From a virus (Duplodnaviria; Heunggongvirae; Uroviricota; Caudoviricetes): a DNA stretch of 12,505 bases. The translations under genes and the position numbers were made by a program. The stretch lies in IMG/VR virus record IMGVR_UViG_3300002220_000285, one strand, 5' to 3'. Shown here piece after piece: positions 6,655 to 12,505 of the stretch. The notes under the pieces are model-generated. The model worked only from the letters and a program-made list of their open reading frames with translations, was not told where the DNA came from and made no database searches. The stretch's first letter is position 1. The number at the start of each line of letters is the position of its first letter.

Positions 6655-7539
6655 TTTGTCGCCTACGTTCGGAGATTTCCTATTGTTAATCAATGACTTA
6701 CGCTTGTCAAGCGAAGCGCTAGCAAGTTCTTGGGCCTTCGTCAAGGCCTGTTCCAGACTGAGGACCTCATCCGCCGCGCCAGCCTCTACACCTTGCTGGC
6801 CGATGAACACGCGACCCTGCCCGATCTTCTGATCGGCAACGGGGTAGGTCATGCCGCGGGAGTCAGCCACAGCGTTCAGGAACATGCTGTAGGAGTAGTC
6901 GAGCTTCGACTGGATGTCGTTGCGAGCCAGCGGACTCAGAGGCTCATACGGGTTGCCCAGCGCCTTGTACTGACCAGCGCGCAGGACCGTCACCGTGGTG
7001 CCCTCTTTCTCGAGAGATTTGGTGATGTCTGCGTGCGTGGTGATCACGCCCACCGAGCCGATCTCTGAGACGTCGCCTACAGAGACGCTGCGGGCGCCGC
7101 TGCCAATCCAGTACGCAGCAGAAGCCATGCGTCCGTTGGCGTGCGAGACAACGGGCTTGAGGTCCTTGTCGATGCGTCGAACAAGGTCGGCCACAGCGGT
7201 CACACCGTTGACGGCGCCGCCAGGCGAGTTGACGTTCAGGAGGATGGAGCCGATCTCCGGGTCTCGAGCAGCTTGAACGAGTGCCTCAGAAATCTGGGGG
7301 TAGTCGGTCACCCCGAACACGGCTTTGGCCCAGTCAGGAACCGAGGTGTAGAGCGTGCCGTTGATGTCGATGACACCTACGTCGCCAACCTTCGTCAGCA
7401 GGGAAGGGACGTCAACATCATCAGACCCGAAGAAGGCCTGCGGCTCCGTCGCGTTGATTCGCGCCGCAATGGCGTGAGCGTGTTCAAGGGCGTCTTCGTC
7501 CCCGGCCCAGAGTTCTTTTTTCGGATCAGTGATCCACAT
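6064..7539 (-). CDS. Prohead maturation protease (S49/SppA family) fused to scaffold, 491 aa
   Basis: S49 motifs NSPGG, MASAAYW (catalytic Ser), GSVGV and AGQYK (Lys), followed by a Pro/Ala/Glu linker and a coiled-coil C-terminus. Confidence 0.92.
   Translation of the reverse strand: MWITDPKKELWAGDEDALEHAHAIAARINATEPQAFFGSDDVDVPSLLTKVGDVGVIDINGTLYTSVPDWAKAVFGVTDYPQISEALVQAARDPEIGSILLNVNSPGGAVNGVTAVADLVRRIDKDLKPVVSHANGRMASAAYWIGSGARSVSVGDVSEIGSVGVITTHADITKSLEKEGTTVTVLRAGQYKALGNPYEPLSPLARNDIQSKLDYSYSMFLNAVADSRGMTYPVADQKIGQGRVFIGQQGVEAGAADEVLSLEQALTKAQELASASLDKRKSLINNRKSPNVGDKMKKKALLTDQDIAALASGASLEQAAPETPAQPAAEVPAEPAEVPAEPAAEVPAEAPAEAPAEAPAEAPAADAEGALVDFLRAELKTKDTDLLTARLDLAKANEKLEALSGAQDGLVAIARDSVQKMHIALGQGGSHVASLSVTELLAEHARVGEAFKEKFKVGGVAASSVTEDNRDTHKSVNPVQKARVAATRTRK
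6447..6498. repeat. 12-bp tandem repeat, 4 perfect copies
   Basis: CAGCAGGAGCCT x4 plus CAGC, encoding (AEAP)n. Flanked by imperfect AEVPAEP repeats up to about 6590. Confidence 0.95.
6682..6710 (-). promoter_or_regulatory. Putative internal sigma70 promoter within the protease CDS
   Basis: Perfect TTGACA (6710-6705), 17-nt spacer, AACAAT (6687-6682), 27 nt before the internal ATG. Confidence 0.5.
6688..6700 (+). promoter_or_regulatory. IHF-consensus site
   Basis: AATCAATGACTTA matches WATCAANNNNTTR exactly and is 12/13 identical to the site at 1827-1839. Confidence 0.55.
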
Positions 7540-7579
7540 TGAAACCTCGTATGTTGTTGTTTTTATTGAGGTTGTTGAA

Positions 7580-7608
7580 ACTGTAATAGATTTTCAGGGG
7601 GTCCGCAA
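7580..7608 (-). promoter_or_regulatory. Putative promoter upstream of the head genes
   Basis: TTGCGG (7608-7603), 17-nt spacer, TACAGT (7585-7580), in an AT-rich 77-nt gap. Confidence 0.35.
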
Positions 7609-7616
7609 ACTGCTCA

Positions 7617-8669
7617 TTAGTTGTGATTGAGGTAGAAATGCAGGTTACTGGCGAGCCTTGTGTCTGAAGGGTCCAATTGTGTTGCAGCTAGCCCAAAGAC
7701 TCTCGCGTCTTCAAACATCCCAAGGTGCCAGGACGCGATGGCCGCGAGATCGTAGGGAAGCGACCCCCAGGCTCTGGGGTCATCGGTATAGTACCCAGGC
7801 CTTCGGAAAATCGAGAGAGCCTGTTTCGAGGCCATCAAGCACCCCTGCCAATTGGCACAGATGTAGTGGTGCTCTGCAAGATCTATGTGAGGTTCTCTAC
7901 ATTCCGGGGCCTCGGCAGCGGCTCGCTTCAGGAGAGGTTCAATAGCTTCCGTACAACCTAAAGCTCGAGCCGCTTTGGCCTTCAGCCGGAGAGCATAGGA
8001 GCGTTCACCGTGCCAAACATTGTCCATAGCCAGATATCGGTCTAGAGCTTTGTCGGCATCTGCCCATCGACCAACGAAAACCAACTCGCGAGCGTGATAA
8101 ATGGCATTGCGTGGACAGTGGGGGTCCTCTGTCGAAGCAACTTCAAGAAGATCCAGATACTGAGCCCTGGATTTGGTGTCGTCAGGAAGATGACGAACCA
8201 GCAAGGTGTCCGTGTCCGCCCACACCTCTGCCAACCTCGGGTCCGCGCGCAGCGTCTCGTGACACGGGTGGTGCCAGTGGTAGCCCGAGCGGGCGTGGAT
8301 CTTGTCGCTCTTGAAGACGACGCCCTTGCTCCAGTCGAAGCTGTAGCGCATGCGGGTTGCGCCGTTCACCCACACACGCTCGATCTCTTCGCGCCAGCCG
8401 GGCTCCAGCACCTCGTCCAAGTCCAGGCTCACGCACACGTCGATGTCGCGCTGCACCAGGGCCAGCGCTGCGTTGCGCGCCAGGTCGAAGCGGAACGGGG
8501 TGATGGTGATGTCGAACGTCGCTGCGTCGCACGCCTCGGCAAGCTCGACGGTGGCGTCGGTCGATCCGGTGTCGGCGATCAGGACCAGGTCGGCGTCAGA
8601 TGCGGACGAGCAGAAGCGCTCGACGAACTGCTCCTCGTTCTTGCTGATGGCGTAGACGGCGATCTTCAC
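7617..8669 (-). CDS. GT2-family (GT-A fold) glycosyltransferase with C-terminal TPR-like helices, 350 aa
   Basis: AISKNEE, IADTGSTD, FDLARN, SLDLDE (DxD) and WHHPCHE motifs, then helical TPR-like repeats. GTG start overlaps the upstream stop (GTGA). Confidence 0.9.
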   Translation of the reverse strand: MKIAVYAISKNEEQFVERFCSSASDADLVLIADTGSTDATVELAEACDAATFDITITPFRFDLARNAALALVQRDIDVCVSLDLDEVLEPGWREEIERVWVNGATRMRYSFDWSKGVVFKSDKIHARSGYHWHHPCHETLRADPRLAEVWADTDTLLVRHLPDDTKSRAQYLDLLEVASTEDPHCPRNAIYHARELVFVGRWADADKALDRYLAMDNVWHGERSYALRLKAKAARALGCTEAIEPLLKRAAAEAPECREPHIDLAEHHYICANWQGCLMASKQALSIFRRPGYYTDDPRAWGSLPYDLAAIASWHLGMFEDARVFGLAATQLDPSDTRLASNLHFYLNHN

Positions 8670-8914
8670 TCGGCGCCCTCGGCGCCCTCGATGAACGCTT
8701 GCCCCGCAGAGATGGCGGCGTCCACCGGGGCCATGTCTTCTGTCGTCCAGAAGTCCTTGGCGACCATCAGCTCAAGGTGCTCGACGTTGCGGCGCAGGCA
8801 GTCAGCCCATTCGGTGTCGCCCATGTACTCGGGCTTGCCGCCGTTGATGAGGTTCACACTGTCCAGCATGGCTTTGTAGTGTTGGGCGATTTGCTCAGGG
8901 GTTTGGTTTTCCAT
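8666..8914 (-). CDS. Hypothetical helical protein, 82 aa
   Basis: AAGGAG SD, coupled on both sides, high GC3. No function recognised. Confidence 0.8.
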   Translation of the reverse strand: MENQTPEQIAQHYKAMLDSVNLINGGKPEYMGDTEWADCLRRNVEHLELMVAKDFWTTEDMAPVDAAISAGQAFIEGAEGAE

Positions 8915-8923
8915 GATTACTCC

Positions 8924-9406
8924 TTAAGGTTGAACGGGCCAGTCGATGGTCCAGGGGAAGCCGGACTGTGCCGTGACATCGCGCAGGGCTTGGCGATATG
9001 TGGCCCAATTAGGCTTGTTTGCAGTAGCGTCCGCAAGTTGTGTCCAATCACATGCGGCCAACCGACGGTTGCGTTCTGCGCGAGCCGCGTGCGAAGCGCT
9101 GGTTCGCAAAGCGTCTTGTTCTGTCTGGGTTAAGGGTATTACGTCCCACCCAACATGCCACGTACCATCCGCAGCCTCCTTGGGGGGAAGTTCAACCAAC
9201 CGTTGTGTGTGCGTGTCAATAGGTGGATAAGGGTCAAAAACCACATCAACAAGCGTATAGCCATGCACCGTAGCTGCTTCGGTCATAGGGAAGATACTTG
9301 CAACATCAATGCTGCTCCCATAATTTGTATATGGGTTGTCATTTTTGAGGTCGGTTTCCGTGTACGGAAAACCCTCGCAAACGCCGTTTTTTATCTTTGC
9401 GAACAT
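8924..9406 (-). CDS. Fibre assembly chaperone (Phage_tail_APC/Tfa-like), 160 aa
   Basis: C-terminal RAERNRRLAACDWTQL...WATYRQALRD...GFPWTIDWPVQP signature. Confidence 0.85.
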   Translation of the reverse strand: MFAKIKNGVCEGFPYTETDLKNDNPYTNYGSSIDVASIFPMTEAATVHGYTLVDVVFDPYPPIDTHTQRLVELPPKEAADGTWHVGWDVIPLTQTEQDALRTSASHAARAERNRRLAACDWTQLADATANKPNWATYRQALRDVTAQSGFPWTIDWPVQP

Positions 9407-9415
9407 GGCTTCTCC

Positions 9416-10699
9416 TTAAAGGTCTACAGAGGACACACTGAAAGTCGTACCTGTGGAGTACGTTACGTTAGCGGTGGTAATGGTTTGAGTCTGGGTGTAG
9501 TAGCTCAGGGAAGTGCCACTTACCGCAGGTGTTGTGAGTGACGGTGCCGTACGTGTAGAGTAAACCACGCTCGCTCCACCAACTGAATATGTCCCTGTTT
9601 TAGTGCCGTTTAGGGGTAGCACATATATCAATTTAGCCCTTGAATTTGTAAAGCACATTGCATTAGAAACAATTTGAAGGTCTCCCCCATAGCTGTAGCT
9701 AGTTGTGTCATCAGTTACAGCTATGGTTGAGGGTGACGACAGTGCGCTACTTGTCTTTGTAATATTGTCATTATTCCAAGTCACGGACAACAGCCAATAC
9801 ACATCCCCTGTCAAGCTGTCTATTGAAACGCAGGAGGTATCCCGAACGGAGCCGTACCCACTGATATTCCTAACGGCTACGACACTGGCAAGAGCGGGAG
9901 CATACTTGTACAGGTTTGTGCCGCCATTTACATAGTCCGAAACAGCGAAATAAACATTTCCAGACGAATCAAGGGCCGGGGTCGTTATGTCCGTGGAGTA
10001 AAGAGATTCTGAAAAGTAACGCGCACTGACTACGGACCCATCAGACGAATTGATGCTGACGATAGCAGGCCGTTGAAAATTAGAATCTCGCACGGTTAAG
10101 TAGACATACGAAGAGTTCACCGCCATTCCGGATGGGGTGGCTCCGGAGCCCCCGGCAAACGACGAATCTGACGAATAGCTCCTGTTCCACTGAAGTACCC
10201 CAGACGAGTTGTATTTTCTAAGGCATGGGACAGGTTGCCCCCCTCCTGACTCAGGGTATAGCGCACTTACCAGATATATATTACCGGCACTGTCTACCGC
10301 AGTCACAGTACCCGTCTCCCCGCCCCAATAAGCTGTATTGATACTGTTTTTTGCAAGACCTATAGTGTTGGTCTTGCTTACAGTCGAAAATCCATCTATG
10401 TAGCCTACCACCCCCACTGAGGAACTCACCTTAGCGACGTTGTTTAGGAGGTTAGTACCGTTAAAGAGATTTGTTGTTTTTGTTCCCGAATTGGTGTGGG
10501 TAATAGGGGCAAGAATGCCGACATTCGAAAATGGAGGATTAGAGCCTGTTACAAGAACAGCGCCGTCGTCAAATAAATTGGCACCAAGCACCGAAGTTGT
10601 CAGGCGCGAAATAAACGGAGCAACCCCCTGGGCTCCGCTAGGGGTAGTAAACCCAAAGCCCTGCGCAGAAGCTGCACCTTTTGTTCCGATAACTGGCAT
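9416..10699 (-). CDS. Ser/Thr-rich beta-propeller-like protein, putative receptor-binding partner of the fibre, 427 aa
   Basis: Blade-like motifs AVDSAGNIY, KYNSSGVLQW, ALDSSGNVY and IDSLTGDVY (SBBP-type). Low GC (73/180 at 9601-9780). Confidence 0.6.
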   Translation of the reverse strand: MPVIGTKGAASAQGFGFTTPSGAQGVAPFISRLTTSVLGANLFDDGAVLVTGSNPPFSNVGILAPITHTNSGTKTTNLFNGTNLLNNVAKVSSSVGVVGYIDGFSTVSKTNTIGLAKNSINTAYWGGETGTVTAVDSAGNIYLVSALYPESGGGQPVPCLRKYNSSGVLQWNRSYSSDSSFAGGSGATPSGMAVNSSYVYLTVRDSNFQRPAIVSINSSDGSVVSARYFSESLYSTDITTPALDSSGNVYFAVSDYVNGGTNLYKYAPALASVVAVRNISGYGSVRDTSCVSIDSLTGDVYWLLSVTWNNDNITKTSSALSSPSTIAVTDDTTSYSYGGDLQIVSNAMCFTNSRAKLIYVLPLNGTKTGTYSVGGASVVYSTRTAPSLTTPAVSGTSLSYYTQTQTITTANVTYSTGTTFSVSSVDL

Positions 10700-10708
10700 C
10701 GTGGCTCC

Positions 10709-12505
10709 TTATGCGAACTTGGTCTGAGAAGCCAGCACAGTGAATGTGGCAGAGCCAGTCTTGATGACTGTGATGACGTAGGTGTCAATCGAGCTTGCGT
10801 TGCCAGCAGCAGGGGCTGTGCCGCCTTGCCACTTTGGAGTCACGCTCGACCCGTCCACTTGGAAGCCGGTCTGGTAATACGCTGTTGCGCCGTTGGTCAC
10901 CAAGAAGGCAACCGTCATCGACTCACCGGTGGTCATCACGCTGTCCAAAGACACACCAGAAGCTGCACGGATGTTCAGCGTCCAGTTGGCAGAGGCGTTG
11001 CTGGTGTAGTACAAGACCGACTGTGTACGAGCATCAAAGTTGATCGTGCCTGTTGCTGCTGTGGCAGAGATGGTGGCGGCTTCCAGCATTGCGGCGTTGA
11101 GTTCCACCATGCCGCGCAGACGGGTGCTGACAATATCGGTGTTGCCGATGGTGACTTCGTTGCTGACTGAGGCAGAAGTTGCCGCAGCGTTGTAGCCAAT
11201 GATGATGTTGTTCGAGCCTGTGGTCAGGTCGTTTGTGCCGGATGAGGCTGCGCCAGTGCCGAGCGTGACGTTCTGGGTTCCAGTGGTGATTTTGTCGCCA
11301 GACTTGTAGCCAACGGCTACGTTGTTGGAGCCTGTTGTGTTGGCGTAGAGTGCACGATAGCCAACCGCGACGATGTACCCGCCGCTCGTATTGGCATTGA
11401 GGGTTTCATTACCAACTGCTACGTTTGCGACTCCAGAGCTATTATTTTGGAGCGCAGCGGTTCCTATGGCAATGTTGTTTCCGGCAGTCGTATTGACCTG
11501 CAGCGCGGAAACTCCGATAGCAACATTGTCGTTTCCAGTGGTATTTGCTGGAAGAGAAAACGTCCCTAAAGCAGTGTTGCGACTGCCCGTAGTATTTACC
11601 AACAACGCCCTGTAACCAAAAGCTGAGTTTTGAGCTCCAGTGGTATTTGCTCTGCCTGCCTGGTACCCAGCAAGGGTGATTTGATCGCCAGAATTGAACG
11701 CGCCAGCCTCAAAGCCAAGCGAAGTTTCAAACGGTGATGCAGAGTCAGTTTGACCAGTCAAGCTGGCTGCCGGCGCCGCCGAAGTCCAAGTAGTGCCGTT
11801 GCTGGTCAGCACGTTGCCGCTGCTGCCGGGGGCAATCGACGTGGTCCACGCAGATCCGGTCGAAACAGCGAGTCCGGCGGCGGGGTAGACGGTGGGTCCG
11901 GTCGCGCCAGTCGGACCTGTTGGTCCAGCGACGGTTGAGGCAGCGCCAGTCGGCCCGGTGGGTCCAGCAGCACCCGTAGCGCCGGTGCTTCCTTGAGGGC
12001 CGGTCGGACCAGTAGGTCCGGCAACGCCCTGCACCCCCTGAACACCCTGCGTGCCTTGCGCGCCCGTCGCACCCGTCTCGCCCTGCGGTCCAGTGGGGCC
12101 AGTCGGGCCGACATCGCCTTGGATACCCGTGGCACCGGTCTCGCCTTGAGGTCCAGTCGGGCCGGTCGCTCCAACAGCGCCCGCCGTCCCCTGCAGACCT
12201 TGGGGGCCGGTGGGGCCGGTGGGGCCGGTCGCTCCCGCAGCACCTGCCGTCCCCTGCAAGCCTTGGGGGCCGGTAGGGCCAGTAGCTCCCGCAGCACCTG
12301 CTGTCCCCTGCAAGCCTTGGGGGCCGGTAGGGCCAGTAGCTCCCGCAGCACCTGCTGTCCCCTGCAAGCCTTGGGGGCCGGTAGGTCCGGTCGCTCCAGC
12401 AGCACCTGCCGTCCCCTGCAGGCCTTGGGGGCCGGTAGGTCCGGTCGCTCCAGCAGCACCTGCCGTCCCCTGCAAGCCTTGGGGGCCGGTAGGGCCAGTA
12501 GCTCC
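10709..12505 (-). CDS. Collagen-like fibre protein, 5'-truncated (more than 598 aa)
   Basis: The frame is open to the right edge. About 67 G-X-Y triplets (11891-12505, one STVA break), about 10 NTTGxxNxAxGxxAL-type repeats (11141-11762, 17-aa period), and a C-terminal domain ending [11 protein letters not shown]...ASQTKFA. Confidence 0.9.
   Translation of the reverse strand, partial: GATGPTGPQGLQGTAGAAGATGPTGPQGLQGTAGAAGATGPTGPQGLQGTAGAAGATGPTGPQGLQGTAGAAGATGPTGPQGLQGTAGAAGATGPTGPTGPQGLQGTAGAVGATGPTGPQGETGATGIQGDVGPTGPTGPQGETGATGAQGTQGVQGVQGVAGPTGPTGPQGSTGATGAAGPTGPTGAASTVAGPTGPTGATGPTVYPAAGLAVSTGSAWTTSIAPGSSGNVLTSNGTTWTSAAPAASLTGQTDSASPFETSLGFEAGAFNSGDQITLAGYQAGRANTTGAQNSAFGYRALLVNTTGSRNTALGTFSLPANTTGNDNVAIGVSALQVNTTAGNNIAIGTAALQNNSSGVANVAVGNETLNANTSGGYIVAVGYRALYANTTGSNNVAVGYKSGDKITTGTQNVTLGTGAASSGTNDLTTGSNNIIIGYNAAATSASVSNEVTIGNTDIVSTRLRGMVELNAAMLEAATISATAATGTINFDARTQSVLYYTSNASANWTLNIRAASGVSLDSVMTTGESMTVAFLVTNGATAYYQTGFQVDGSSVTPKWQGGTAPAAGNASSIDTYVITVIKTGSATFTVLASQTKFA
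12148..12505. repeat. 54-bp coding tandem repeat ([18 protein letters not shown])n
   Basis: Units at 12265, 12319, 12373 and 12427, a partial unit at 12481, a 63-bp variant at 12202 and a degenerate unit at 12148. Confidence 0.95.

Larger units (their letters stand above)
1..12505 (-). mobile_element. Phage/prophage virion morphogenesis module (head, neck, tail, accessory fibre cassette)
   Basis: 15 co-oriented, tightly coupled CDSs in protease-decoration-capsid-neck-terminator-tube-chaperone order. There is no host gene, integrase or att site in view, so free phage versus prophage cannot be decided. Confidence 0.95.

Noticed and set aside
516-7577. CAACAAC in the chaperone leader (516-522) and twice in the protease leader (7553-7559, 7571-7577)
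   Set aside because: Short, low-complexity and also present in coding sequence (e.g. 11321-11327). At most it reflects unstructured leaders.
112-10711. No TAG stop among 15 genes (possible recoding)
   Set aside because: All genes are intact under the standard code with no in-frame TAG, and the sample is too small.
283-10935. Long plus-strand and off-frame ORFs (e.g. 1217-1837, 4815-5747, 5707-6639, 8094-8879)
   Set aside because: Antisense or shifted shadows of high-GC3 genes. They fully overlap well-supported CDSs and have no recognisable motifs.
9416-11100. Diversity-generating retroelement target
   Set aside because: I saw no template/variable repeat pair differing at adenines, no reverse transcriptase and no C-type lectin terminus in the window.
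12473-12475. Listed start of the 588-aa fibre ORF
   Set aside because: It is a TTG Leu inside a repeat unit. The frame stays open to the window edge.
12148-12505. CRISPR-like array
   Set aside because: Units are contiguous with no unique spacers and are in-frame collagen coding.

Overview
The window is a gap-free, minus-strand virion morphogenesis operon from a tailed dsDNA phage or prophage with a siphovirus-type tail. In transcription order (right to left) it encodes: a 5'-truncated collagen-like fibre (G-X-Y repeats, 17-aa beta-roll-like repeats, C-terminal domain); a low-GC beta-propeller-like protein; a fibre assembly chaperone; an 82-aa unknown; a GT2-TPR glycosyltransferase; an S49 prohead protease with a nested scaffold; a decoration protein; the major capsid protein; a small FI-position protein; three head-tail/neck proteins; a tail terminator; the tail tube; and a tail assembly chaperone with a GGGAAAC -1 frameshift. 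The main candidate novel system is the five-gene cassette pairing a Thr-rich collagen fibre with a glycosyltransferase, placed directly upstream of the head genes. It suggests a glycosylated, modular virion appendage. Other signals are two perfect IHF-consensus sites in putative promoters (one inside the protease CDS), sharp codon-usage breakpoints inside the glycosyltransferase and fibre genes, and three identical in-frame TAAGGAG-N5-ATG junctions. No database searches were run. Family names come from motif recognition and gene order, and all counts are by hand.
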